From the NCBI GenBank assembly GCA_963752595.1, contig CAVVYZ010000013.1, forward strand, positions 32,001 to 96,000: a stretch of 64,000 bases of DNA, written 5' to 3'. The notes under the pieces were generated by a model. That model searched no databases. It was given only the letters and a program-made list of their open reading frames with translations, and was not told where the DNA came from. The DNA comes from an uncultured delta proteobacterium. GTDB lineage: Bacteria > Desulfobacterota > Desulfomonilia > UBA1062. Shown piece by piece: positions 21,005 through 31,327 of the stretch (position 1 is the stretch's first letter; each line of letters begins with the position of its first letter). The position numbers were made by a program, and so were the translations under genes.

Positions 21005-22018
21005 CTAGTCGACAGATTTGGAAATCTGAAGGATCTCCATGGGGAGCTGGATACCCAAGTCTTTCAGTGTTTTCGTATCAACCATGATCGTGAGATCCTG
21101 TTGTCTCAGAATCGGCATTGTATCAGGTTTTGCCCCGGTTTTCAGGATCTTCACAACCTGCTGGACAGGCAGCGAGCCCATGGTCGTGAACTCCGAGCCC
21201 ACATACAGAGCCCCGCCGTGCAGTTTCTGATGGATAAAGCTTACAATAGGGATCTTTGCCGGCTTCGTTACTTCGACCAGATCAGTGGTGGGCTCGTTGT
21301 TTCTCATGCCGTAATAGGTGTCAAGCGGTACGATGAACACTTGTGCACCTTTACCGATCAATTCCTTGACAGCAGGTTTGATTGAGTCACTCTTGCCGAT
21401 CTGTTTGGTAACAATCGTAAAACCTAAGGCCGGTCCTTCCTTTTTGGTCATTTCGGCGTGGGCTATGGCATTATCATCATCGGAATGGACGATCCCGATG
21501 GTCTTCACCTTGGGGAATGCGAGTTTCACGATCCTTAAGGCATCCTTTACATTCATATACAAGGTGGTGCCGGTAAAGCCGGGCCCTGCTTCCGTCAGGG
21601 ACTTGCATCCGGCAGCCTGCGGAACGGCAACACCGGTAAATACCAGAGGAATGCCTGCGGAGATGATTGCATCCTTTCCATACTTCGTTGCCGGGGTGCC
21701 GATGGTCAGGACAAGATCCGGCTTGGTTCCGGCAATCCTGGATGCTTCGCTCTTGATACGCATGAGCAACCCGATTTTTTTCCAGAGGCCGGCTTTCTCC
21801 ACATCGAAATCTATGATGGTGCGGTTTATGGTCAGGTTCTTGCCCTTAACCAAGCCGTTTTTTTCCAGATCTTTTACGAAGGTATCGTAGATCGTCTGGA
21901 ACGGGGCTACAGCCGCAACCTGAAAGACTTCAATTTTATATTTCTCCTCTGCAAAGCCCGGTATGGCAATCAATAGGAACGCAACTATATACATAGTAAT
22001 CCGTATTACTCGCTTCAT
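21005..22018 (-). CDS. ABC_sub_bind-family periplasmic substrate-binding protein (orphan)
   Basis: Signal peptide, PDLVLTIGTPA, IPLVFTGV, KTIGIVH, ILK.GAKP..MP, and a KDLGIQLP tail. Confidence 0.8.
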   Translation of the reverse strand: MKRVIRITMYIVAFLLIAIPGFAEEKYKIEVFQVAAVAPFQTIYDTFVKDLEKNGLVKGKNLTINRTIIDFDVEKAGLWKKIGLLMRIKSEASRIAGTKPDLVLTIGTPATKYGKDAIISAGIPLVFTGVAVPQAAGCKSLTEAGPGFTGTTLYMNVKDALRIVKLAFPKVKTIGIVHSDDDNAIAHAEMTKKEGPALGFTIVTKQIGKSDSIKPAVKELIGKGAQVFIVPLDTYYGMRNNEPTTDLVEVTKPAKIPIVSFIHQKLHGGALYVGSEFTTMGSLPVQQVVKILKTGAKPDTMPILRQQDLTIMVDTKTLKDLGIQLPMEILQISKSVD

Positions 22019-22097
22019 CTCGACTCTCCTTGATATTGGATGGTATATTTTAATATCGGGATGCCATACGATTTTCTGAAGGTAAAAAAACAGCTTG

Positions 22098-22883
22098 TTA
22101 CAAATGCTTGGAGATGTCGGCGTTTCCGGGCTTCACTGTCAGCCGGTACTCCGATGGGGTCATTCCGGTCATCCTTTTGAATATCCTGTTAAAGCTCGCC
22201 TTGGAATTGAAACCGGATGAGAACGCAATATCGAGGATCGAACCCTCAGGGGCGTCCATCAACAGTTCTTTTGCCTCACGGACACGGTACGAGCCGATCA
22301 GGTCGGTATAGGTGGTATGAAGATGGATGTTCAGGAACCGCGAGAGCTGGTACGGCTCTATATCAAGCTCATGGGCGAATGCGGCTATCGTCAACTCTTC
22401 ATTGAGATAAACCCGCTCGTGTTCAAGTTTCCAGTAAATTTCCCGCTTGAGCTCCTCGGGGTTTATGGAGAGATGCATCTGCCGGTCCGGCTTTTTTAAG
22501 GGCCGGTCAGGCACTTGGCCGGGATTCATGCGCAGATGATGCAGCCGCAAAAGGTGGTTGGACTTTCTGATGATATCGGTGGCACGTCTCGACATCACGA
22601 CCTCTTCGTACAGATACATCTGCTCATCTTCCTTCTCAGGAACACTTTGATCAAAAAAAGTCTCGGATCGGTCCGGAGGAGGCATTTCTTCCTGCTTCAG
22701 GAGAACAAGACCGGGACCGGGTGGATTACCGGCCCGGTAGCTGCTGCCGGCAACAGGCCCGGCGCTCAAATGAATCCGGGACTCTTGGGCATTTCTTCGG
22801 GATATACAGTACATCGCCAGCGCAGAGATCAGGATGAATAATATTGCAATCCCGGCAATGGTAACAAGAAGACCATATCCCAT
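22098..22883 (-). CDS. AraC-family regulator with N-terminal TM helix
   Basis: YLNEELTI..FA, YRVREAKELL, SILDIAFSSGFNSKASFNRIFKRMTGMTPSEYR. Confidence 0.88.
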   Translation of the reverse strand: MGYGLLVTIAGIAILFILISALAMYCISRRNAQESRIHLSAGPVAGSSYRAGNPPGPGLVLLKQEEMPPPDRSETFFDQSVPEKEDEQMYLYEEVVMSRRATDIIRKSNHLLRLHHLRMNPGQVPDRPLKKPDRQMHLSINPEELKREIYWKLEHERVYLNEELTIAAFAHELDIEPYQLSRFLNIHLHTTYTDLIGSYRVREAKELLMDAPEGSILDIAFSSGFNSKASFNRIFKRMTGMTPSEYRLTVKPGNADISKHL

Positions 22884-22995
22884 AGCTTTTTCTCATATTT
22901 TTTCTATAATAATAAATGCCTTTCCATTAAAGTACAAGATGTACGGCAAGGCAGATGCGACAGTATGTAATATTTCAAAAAGGCATTTCGCACGT

Positions 22996-24201
22996 TCAGC
23001 GATTGGTATCCATTACTTCTATGAACCCCTCCAGCCTCGTCTTGACCTGTTCGGGCAGGTATGCCCTGGGATCGGAGATATCCATATTGAGTGTAAGGAA
23101 AGGAATTCCGAGCCTGGAAAAGGTTTTCTTGAGCACCATATGGGCGCTTTTCGAATGACGGCATGCAGGAGTGGCAAACAGGATTGCACCATCAATCCCA
23201 TAGTTACCTACTGACTCCTCAATGCCCTCCAACCTCCTGGCTGTGGTGCCCAGGAAAGGATTCTTTAGGCATTTGAGGGCCAGGCCTTCAAATGGATTGT
23301 CTTCATCTATTTCATCCCAATAAATCCTGCCGGTCTCGCAAAATGCAACATTTACACAATGATTCTTTAACGTCTCGAACAGATTGGATTGGTACACCGG
23401 CAGCCATGCAAACCAGTAAATCCGGTGTTTTTCAGGTCTGCTGCTCCCTGAGGAGATCCTGCCTTTGAGCTCTTCAAGAAGCTGGCCTTCCAGCATTTCC
23501 TTGGTGTTTCTCCCCCAGAACAGCTGGCCATTGATGGAGTACCCGATGTTGTCCTGAGCACTGAACGGAACCGGACGTGTTTTTAACACCTCATGAATCT
23601 CAAGCTGGAGTCTGCGCGACCGGTTGGAGCTTCGCACCGCCTCCTTGAGCCTGTCCTCATCAAGCCCCTGCCCGGCGATCCTGCTTATTATGCCGGCGGC
23701 ATGCTTAAGCTGTTGTTCAACATAGCGTACGGATTCCTTTGTGACAACCTGGGGTACATACAGGTAGAAGGATTCCCTGCCTGTAAGACAGGACAGTATA
23801 TCATTCGTCTTGCCTTTGCCGTCACAGTAAAAGGAGGTCGTAATCAGCAGGTCCGGATCGGGCAGGTAGGATTTGAAATATCCGCCCAGACTTGCCCTGT
23901 GGAACGAGCAGATGTCCTGGGAGTATCCCTGCGCTTCAGCCTCCTCCATCAGGGATATGCCCATGTTTGCTGCCGACATCAACGCACCTGCTATTTCGAA
24001 GTCGAAAGGGATTACATCAAAAGCGGCGAGGATCTCCATGGGGAACGCATAAATGGATGTGTATACTACGCTGCGGTCCGGTTCGTATGCCTTGAGGAAG
24101 AGGTCGGCCCATTCTCTATACCACAAGGCTCGAAAGCTCTTCCGATCCTTCAGCCCTGCCTCTGTCATCTGCTTCATGCTTTCCAACATCATTTTGAGCA
24201 T
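22996..24201 (-). CDS. 2-hydroxyacyl-CoA dehydratase family subunit (HgdA/FldB/BcrB-like)
   Basis: ICSFHR, TSFYCDG, IDGAI...ACRH, QVKTRLEGFIE. Confidence 0.88.
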   Translation of the reverse strand: MLKMMLESMKQMTEAGLKDRKSFRALWYREWADLFLKAYEPDRSVVYTSIYAFPMEILAAFDVIPFDFEIAGALMSAANMGISLMEEAEAQGYSQDICSFHRASLGGYFKSYLPDPDLLITTSFYCDGKGKTNDILSCLTGRESFYLYVPQVVTKESVRYVEQQLKHAAGIISRIAGQGLDEDRLKEAVRSSNRSRRLQLEIHEVLKTRPVPFSAQDNIGYSINGQLFWGRNTKEMLEGQLLEELKGRISSGSSRPEKHRIYWFAWLPVYQSNLFETLKNHCVNVAFCETGRIYWDEIDEDNPFEGLALKCLKNPFLGTTARRLEGIEESVGNYGIDGAILFATPACRHSKSAHMVLKKTFSRLGIPFLTLNMDISDPRAYLPEQVKTRLEGFIEVMDTNR

Positions 24202-24211
24202 GGGAACCTCC

Positions 24212-25264
24212 TTATGAAGGAATCATCTCGAGGAATGCCTCGACTTTGGTCCTTGCCTTTTCCGGATCAGACCACTCATAATCATTCTCCAGTACCAGTA
24301 CCGGGATGCCGAGTGCCTTGATGCCCTCCTGGAGCAAGGGGAGATTGTATAATATCTGATCGCAATACTTTACGGGGGTGATGATAACACCATCAGCCCT
24401 GGTATCTTTCACCAGGCTCGTCAGGTATTCCACCTGATGCGTGATTCCTTCCATCCGGGGGCAGGGAGGCCGAGTGAGGTAGCGTTCTGCAATGGCTGTA
24501 AACGGGTCGATGGTCCTTTCCAATACCTGTGTTTCATAATGCTTCACGCCGAAACACGTGTCAAAGGCCACGATTTTCGCTTTCCTTCCTTCGATCATCT
24601 CGATGATCTCCTGCTTGCTCAGGATAGTGCCGGAAATAATGATCCTGCGTATTCCATCGGGAGGAAGTTCTCCTGTCGGCCCGGCAAGATCCTGACCCAG
24701 CATGACTTCATGTTCTTTGATCGAGGAAAAAGATTTCTCCAGGAGCATGGGGAATACATCCGATCCCCTGACAGCTGAATCACGGCCGGCTAAAGTTTTC
24801 CATACGCTCCTCGCTGCTGATCGGATCGTATTGCATTCCTGAATTGCCTTGTTCAGCTTATCCACTGTAACAGGTAAGCCATTGAAATTTTCTTCGAGTG
24901 TAGTCGCAAGCCTTCTCAACTCCGAGGCAAAATACCGGATAGAATCGGCATCCTTCTTTTTGGGGATATCCAGAAATATTGCAACGGGATGGTCCACGGC
25001 ATCAACCCAGATATCGAAAAGTTTCCTCATCCCATCGCATGCATTCACGAAGATTATGCTTTGGGTTTCGGAATATGCCCCGCTTCGGAGGGCTGTCAGC
25101 ATACTCCTCAGGTAACAGCATGTATTCGGATGCATCAGGGAGTCTGCCTCAGTACACCGGCCTGCGGGGACCAGTCTCAAGGGAGAGAATCCCGCTGCCA
25201 TGATGATCTCGACAGGTACATAGGAACAGGCATAACCAATCTCATTCATTCCGGTCTTTCTCAT
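24212..25264 (-). CDS. 2-hydroxyacyl-CoA dehydratase family subunit (HgdB/FldC/BcrC-like)
   Basis: IGYACSYVPVEII.AAG, NACDGMRK, ADGVI...KYCD, ARTKVEAFLE. Confidence 0.88.
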   Translation of the reverse strand: MRKTGMNEIGYACSYVPVEIIMAAGFSPLRLVPAGRCTEADSLMHPNTCCYLRSMLTALRSGAYSETQSIIFVNACDGMRKLFDIWVDAVDHPVAIFLDIPKKKDADSIRYFASELRRLATTLEENFNGLPVTVDKLNKAIQECNTIRSAARSVWKTLAGRDSAVRGSDVFPMLLEKSFSSIKEHEVMLGQDLAGPTGELPPDGIRRIIISGTILSKQEIIEMIEGRKAKIVAFDTCFGVKHYETQVLERTIDPFTAIAERYLTRPPCPRMEGITHQVEYLTSLVKDTRADGVIITPVKYCDQILYNLPLLQEGIKALGIPVLVLENDYEWSDPEKARTKVEAFLEMIPS

Positions 25265-25448
25265 ATCCGACTCCTATTTCACGATATGATGAAGAATAGG
25301 ATAAAAGAACTTCTCTGTCGCCTCAAGTTAGCATTATGAGACCGAATGGATCATTGTGCATATCAAACTGAAGTGCCGGGTTTTTAGTCCCGAGTGCTCG
25401 TCTCTTCTTAACTGCTCTTCCTGTCTTGTTATTCCATAAGGATATTTC

Positions 25449-25508
25449 TTGACAGGGACATATGATCCCTTATAATTAACCATATGGTTAAAATAAATGG
25501 TTGGTTTA
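25449..25508 (+). promoter_or_regulatory. Consensus sigma70 promoter with overlapping palindromic TetR operator
   Basis: TTGACA (25449)-N16-TATAAT (25471), a perfect 16-bp palindrome TTAACCATATGGTTAA (25476-25491), and an imperfect second site TAAATGGTTGGTTTA. Confidence 0.85.
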
Positions 25509-25539
25509 AAAAGGCTTGGTTCTTTCCGGAGGGATTAAA

Positions 25540-26169
25540 ATGACAATCAGGCAAGTCGGGAAGAAGGGCAAAACCGTTGCACGGATCCTGGAAGCGGCAA
25601 AGGACGAATTTGCCGAGAAGGGTTTTGCCGGTGCACGGGTGGACGAGATTGCGAGGAGGGCAGGGGTCAATAAGGCTGCTCTCTATTATCATATCGGCGA
25701 TAAAGATGCTCTCTATGCAGAGGCTATCCATGATGTCATCGGGGCAGCGGCACAGAGGCTCGCTGAGGATATCGGCAATACCGAGACGCCCGAAGAGAAA
25801 ATAAGAACCTATCTCAAAACACTCATGAAGACCTTTGACGAGAATCCCCAGATGCCCCGCATGATGATGCGGGAGATGGCTTCCGGCGGACATAGCCTGC
25901 CCGGTGTATTTTTTCAGGACCTTTTTTCGATCTTTGGTGTTTTGAGCGCTATCATTGAAGAAGGCAAGGAAACGGGTGTATTTATCGATACGTTTCCGCT
26001 CCTGGTGCATTTCATGGCCATAGGCACAACGGTCATATACAAAACCGTTGTACCGGTCCTTCTTGCATCTGAGCATGCGCCTGATGAGGTGAAAAAATTC
26101 GGGCACAGATATATCCGGCATGCTGCCCGGGAAATAGAGAAGCTGATCCTGAAAGCGATTTTAAAATGA
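25540..26169 (+). CDS. TetR/AcrR-family regulator
   Basis: RILEAAKDEFAEKGFAGARVDEIARRAGVNKAALYYH. Confidence 0.95.
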   Translation: MTIRQVGKKGKTVARILEAAKDEFAEKGFAGARVDEIARRAGVNKAALYYHIGDKDALYAEAIHDVIGAAAQRLAEDIGNTETPEEKIRTYLKTLMKTFDENPQMPRMMMREMASGGHSLPGVFFQDLFSIFGVLSAIIEEGKETGVFIDTFPLLVHFMAIGTTVIYKTVVPVLLASEHAPDEVKKFGHRYIRHAAREIEKLILKAILK

Positions 26170-26199
26170 TGAGCAGATAGTGAATATCCGGGAGGAATA

Positions 26200-27245
26200 A
26201 TGAAGAAGCGTATCATTATCATTATCTTCGTTGCACTGCTTGTCTTAGTGAGCGCACTCGTCTACTACGCGCAGAACAGGGCGAAAAAAGGCGAGATGTA
26301 CTATTCCGGCACCATCGAGGCAACGACGTCCAATCTGGCCTTCCAGGTGGCCGGGCATGTTACGGCTGTCCCTGCACAGGAAGGCAGGGCCGTCAAGAAA
26401 GGCCAGACCCTTGCAGAGCTCGACAGTGCGGAATTCATGGCCAGGCTCGATCAGGCACAGGCAAGCCTGGATAAGGCGTTCAAGTCAAAAGAGCAGCTGA
26501 AGGATCTGCTCCGGATCTATACGGACACTCTCCCCGGAGATGTCAAACGGGCACAGGCCAATGTTTTCATAGCAAAAAACACCATGCTCGATGCGCAGAG
26601 AAACACTGAAAGGTATGAGGAGCTTTTCAGGCGCGGTGTGGTCTCGGAAAAGGAGCGGGATACCGTGAGGCTCAACTCCGAGAATGCACAGGCTAAGTTG
26701 AATGAGGCGGAAGCGGCCCTGAAACAGACAAGGGGAAATCTCACGAAGATCGATGCGACACGGAAAGACATCGAGTCGGCTCAGGCTCAGATCAGATCTT
26801 GCCAGGGCAACCTTAAGTCAGGCCAGAATCCAGCTCGGATACACCCGGCTCGTCTGCGCCGTATTCCGGCATTATCACGAGCAGGAATGTGGAGCCCGGC
26901 GAAGTGGTCAGCCCCGGCAGGGAGGTGATTACCCTTGTCCGATCTCTCCGGGTGGACCTGAAGATCTTTGTGGATGAAACGGATATCGGCAAGGTTAGGC
27001 CGGGCCAGAAAGTCAAGGTCGTGGTGGATACCTTCCCGGGCAGGTTTTTCACAGGGTATGTCTCCTACATATCCCCCCAGGCAGAGTTCACCCCGAAGAT
27101 TATCCAGACAAAGAAAGAGCGGGTCAAGCTCGTGTACCTCGTAAAGGTATCCATCCCCAACCCGAAGCTTGAGCTGAAAACAGGGATGCCTGCGGATGCA
27201 TTCCTCAAGATAAAAGCTTTATCAAGGTCAACGATGTCTCCATGA
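26200..27245 (+). CDS. HlyD-family periplasmic adaptor (YbhG-like, frameshifted)
   Basis: SGTIEAT, EG..VKKGQ, a coiled coil, then in another frame ISPQAEFTPKIIQTKKERVKLVY..K and LKTGMPAD. Confidence 0.88.
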
Positions 27246-27964
27246 GCTTCGGCCGGACCGAAGCCGTCAGCGGTGTAACCATGGAGGTGGAAGCCGGCAC
27301 CATCTTCGGCCTCGTGGGCTCGGACGGGGCAGGAAAGTCGACCCTGCTCAGGATGATCGCCACCATGATAAAGCCGATCTCCGGGACCATCACGGTTGCA
27401 GGGATCGATGTGGTCGAGCAGACGATGGAGGATCAAACCGCTGCATCGGTTACATGCCCCAGCGTTTCGGCCTCTATCAGGACCTGACCGTGGAAGAGAA
27501 CATGGATTTCTTCATGGATATTTTCGGAATCAGGGGCGAAGAGAGGAAAGCGAGAAAGGAGAAATACCTAGGCTTCTCAAACCTGCTGCCTTTCCTGGAC
27601 CGTCAGGCCGGAAATCTGTCAGGAGGGATGAAGCAGAAGCTCGGCCTTGCCTGCGTGCTCGTGCACGAGCCCTCAGGTCCTCATCCTGGACGAGCCGACC
27701 AACGGGGTGGATCCGGTGTCGCGCCAGGAATTCTGGGACATCCTCCTGCAGATGGAGGCGGCCGGCATGACCATCGTGGTCTCCACGGCCTACCTTGATG
27801 AGGGCGAGAAATGCGATATGCTCGGGCTCATGCACAAGTCTCACCTCCTCACGGTTGCAGCACCCTCGGAAATCCGGTCGCAGTACGAGACCCTTGAAGA
27901 GGCGATGATCAGACGCATTCAGGATGTGGACAAGGAGATCCTCCATGACACCTTCAAGCGATGA
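27210..27964 (+). CDS. ABC transporter ATP-binding protein (YbhF N-half-like, frameshifted; start approximate)
   Basis: GSDGAGKST, MPQRFGLYQDLTV, LSGGMKQKL and LDEPTNGVDP in successive frames. Confidence 0.85.
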
Positions 27965-28703
27965 CGTGATCTTCGTGAAAATCTGGAGAAGAGGTTCGGC
28001 GACTTCGTCGCCGTGAACAGGATCAGCTTCTCGGTGAAGAGAGGGGAGATATTCGGCTTCCTCGGGAGCAACGGAAGCGGCAAATCCACCACCATACGCA
28101 TGCTCTGCGGCATCATAACCCCGACATCGGGCGAGGGATGGGTGGCAGGGCACGATATCGTCTCGGAGGCAGAGGAGGTCAAGCATTCCATCGGCTACAT
28201 GTCCCAGAAATTTTCCCTCTATGAAGACCTCACCCCGCTGTGAGAACATCCGGTTCTTCCTCGGCCTTTACAGCGTACCGCAAACGGTCTGTGGAAGGAG
28301 CGCACGGAGTGGGTCCTGGAGATGGCCCGGCTGCAGGAGGTGAAAAACCGGCTCACCAGGGATCTTCCCCAGGGCTGGAGGCAGAGGCTTGCGCTGGGCT
28401 GCGCCCTGCTCCACAAGCCGGAGATCCTTTTTCTGGATGAGCCGACATCCGGCGTGGATCCCATCACCCGAAGGCATTTCTGGGAGTTCATCCGTGAGCT
28501 GTCAGCGCAGGGGATCACCGTGTTCGTGACCACGCATTACATGGACGAGGCGCGAACTGCGGGCGCATCGTCATGATCAATCTCGGGGACATCGTTGCCC
28601 AGGGGAGCCCTGACGAGATCGTCTCGGCAGCATGTCCCGGGCAGACCCGGACGCCGATCTGGATGATGCCTTTATCACGCTCATGGCGAGGGGGAAGCAG
28701 TGA
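27945..28703 (+). CDS. ABC transporter ATP-binding protein (YbhF C-half-like, frameshifted)
   Basis: GSNGSGKST, YMSQKFSLY, GWRQRLAL, LDEPTSGVDP, TTHYMDEA. Confidence 0.85.
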
Positions 28704-29838
28704 GCCTCCGGAAGATCAATGCAGTCATGCGAAAAGAATTCTACCACCTCATCAGGGATCCCCGGAGCCTTATCCTGGCATTCATCATACCCTTGTGCCT
28801 CATCCTTCTGTTCGGCTATGCCCTGAGCCTGGATGTGAACAATGTCGGAGATCGTGGTCGTGGATTACGACCGGTACGGATCTCAGCCGGGACCTGGTAC
28901 GGCACCTGGATGCCTCGCCGTATTTTCCCGTGAGGAGTCTATGCTTGATAATGCCGGCGAAGTCGCCGAGTTACCTGGATCACGGGTGGGCGAGCATCGG
29001 AATAATCATCCCACCGGATTTTGCACGGCAGATCAGGTCGGACCGCGATGCCCCCGTACAGATTCTCATGGACGGCAGCGATCCCAATTTCTCGAATATC
29101 GCCAGGGGTTATATCAACGGCTTCATGGAAGGGTATAACCAGCAACTCCTCGTACAGTATCTAAACCGCAATGGCATAGAGAAGATAAACCCGCCAGTGG
29201 AAGGACGCATACGGGTCTGGTTCAATGAAGATCTCGAGAGCAGGAAATTCATCATCCCGGGCCTCATCGCCGTAATCATCATGATTGCAGGCGCTATGCT
29301 CACCTCGCTCGTCATCGCACGGGAATACGAGAGCGGTACCATGGAGACCATCAAGTCGCTGCCGCTGACAGCCGGTGAGCTGCTCATAGGGAAATCCATA
29401 CCATATTTCTTCATTGCATTGACCAATGTGCTCATTTCGGTGTTGCTTGGCCAGGTGCTCTTCGACGTGGTCATGAAGGCCGGTTTCTGGCTTCTGATCC
29501 TCGCGTCGTCCCTCTATATCTTCGTAGCGCTCAGCCTGGGGCTCCTGATCTCCACGGTCACGAAGTCCCAGCTCGTGGCAAACCAGGGCGCCATCCTGAT
29601 CACCTACCTGCCTTCGCTCATGCTCTCGAATTTCGTGTTCCCGGTCACGAACATGCCTCTGGTGCTCCAGCTCATTACCTACGTCGTGCCTGCAAAATAC
29701 TATATCGATATCCTGAGCGGCATCTACCTCAAGGACCTGGCATTTGGAAGCCTCTGGCCCGACTTTGCCGTGCTGGCATTCATGTTCGTGCTCCTTGCGG
29801 CGCTCAACGTGAGGCTGCTCAAAAAGGAGGGGCTGTGA
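28700..29838 (+). CDS. ABC-2 permease (YbhS-like, 5' frameshifts)
   Basis: KEFYHLIRDPRS, LFGYALSLDV, AREYESGTME, GKSIPY. Confidence 0.88.
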
Positions 29839-30956
29839 GCTGGATAAGGATCAGGGAACTCGTGCGCAAGGAGTTCATCATCCTCTTCAGGGACAGCAGG
29901 AACCGGCGGGTGCTGATCGTTGCGCCGATCATCCAGATCCTCCTCTTCGGCTACGTCGTGAACTACGACATCAAGGACATCCGGGTGGCGGTCATAGACC
30001 AGTCCCGCACCCTTGAGAGCCGGATGCTCATCGATTCCTTCGACGGGAACAGGACCTTCCGCGTCACAAATTACCCCGGAGATCAGAAAGAGCTGGAGGA
30101 GCTGCTCCTCAAGGGAAAGATCGACCTGGGTATCAAGATACCGCCCGATATGGGGAGACTCGTCAGGGAGGGCCGGACCGCCCCTGTTCAGATCCTGGCC
30201 GACGGCAGCATGAGCAACATGGCATCTATCAGGCTTTCGTATACCGTGCTCGTCCTGGATGAGTTCAACAGAAGGATGATCAGGGAGATCAGAGGCCGGA
30301 GCATGGAATACGGCCGGATCGACCCCCGGATCAGGGCATGGTACAACCCGAACATGGACAGCCGGAACTTTTTCGTGCCCGCCATCGTGGCATTCGTGAT
30401 CATGCTCATCTCTCTGCTGCTGACATCGATTGCCGTCATCAGGGAGCGGGAACAGGGCACCATGGAGCAGCTCATCGTGTCGCCCATCAAGGCCGGCGAA
30501 CTCATCATGGGAAAAACCATCCCCTACATCGTCATCTCGGTCGTCCAGATGATCGCGGTCACCATCCTTGCCAAGTTCTGGTTCAGCATCCCCATTGCCG
30601 GGAGCCTGGTTCTGCTGTTTTTCGCCACCTGCCTCTTTCTCCTGAGCACGCTCGGCGTAGGTCTCTTCATCTCGACCGTTTCTTCAACCCAGCAGCAGGC
30701 CATGATGACGACATTCTTCTTCATCCTCCCGTTCTTCATGCTCTCGGGCTTCGTGTTTCCCATTTCCAATATGCCGCTCGTCGTGCAATGGCTCACCTTC
30801 CTCAATCCATTGCGGTACTTCCTCGTTATCTTACGGGGGATATTCCTCAAAGGCGTCGGGCTCCATGTCCTCTGGCCCCAGTTTCTCGCGCTTGCAGTCC
30901 TCGGGGCAATTCTTTTTGCCGGAGCAGTGAGCAGGTTCCACAAGAGGCTCGATTAA
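29835..30956 (+). CDS. ABC-2 permease (YbhR-like)
   Basis: REREQGTMEQLIVSP, LSGFVFPISNMP, NPLRYF, RFHKRLD. Confidence 0.92.
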   Translation: MSWIRIRELVRKEFIILFRDSRNRRVLIVAPIIQILLFGYVVNYDIKDIRVAVIDQSRTLESRMLIDSFDGNRTFRVTNYPGDQKELEELLLKGKIDLGIKIPPDMGRLVREGRTAPVQILADGSMSNMASIRLSYTVLVLDEFNRRMIREIRGRSMEYGRIDPRIRAWYNPNMDSRNFFVPAIVAFVIMLISLLLTSIAVIREREQGTMEQLIVSPIKAGELIMGKTIPYIVISVVQMIAVTILAKFWFSIPIAGSLVLLFFATCLFLLSTLGVGLFISTVSSTQQQAMMTTFFFILPFFMLSGFVFPISNMPLVVQWLTFLNPLRYFLVILRGIFLKGVGLHVLWPQFLALAVLGAILFAGAVSRFHKRLD

Positions 30957-31081
30957 CAGGAATCAATGATAGATGGAATGCGGCAGCCGGAAACGGTTTG
31001 CACTGAATATCCCTATTGTCAATCAATACTGTTGGATGATAAAAAGATGCTATCTTGATATCGTGAAGGGAGGAGATTCGT

Positions 31082-31183
31082 ATGGCAAAATCGGCAGATA
31101 CAAAGAAAGAGGAAAAGAAGAAACCCCAGAAAACTGCAAAAGAAAAGAAGCAGGCAAAGGCGGAAAAGAAGAAAGGCAAGTAG
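31082..31183 (+). CDS. Small lysine-rich protein, 33 aa
   Basis: MAKSADTKKEEKKKPQKTAKEKKQAKAEKKKGK after a strong GGAGGAG RBS. Below the ORF-track cutoff. Confidence 0.75.
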   Translation: MAKSADTKKEEKKKPQKTAKEKKQAKAEKKKGK

Positions 31184-31327
31184 CTGATTTTTCGTATTTT
31201 CAAATAATTTCCTTTCCTTGTTCCGGTGGCTTGAGCGAAACGACCAGTCGCTGGGACAAGGAACCTTCTGCAAAGCAGCGTACGGCTGCTTATCATTTGA
31301 TTATTAGATGCTTTAAGGAGCACAATT

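Noticed and set aside
16740-25300. Possible genomic island or mobile element
   Set aside because: The genes look accessory, but I found no integrase, transposase, tRNA target or flanking direct repeat.
28230-28260. TGA after EDLTPL in the ABC ATPase as possible recoding
   Set aside because: The expected ENIRF continuation is in another frame, within a cluster of indels.
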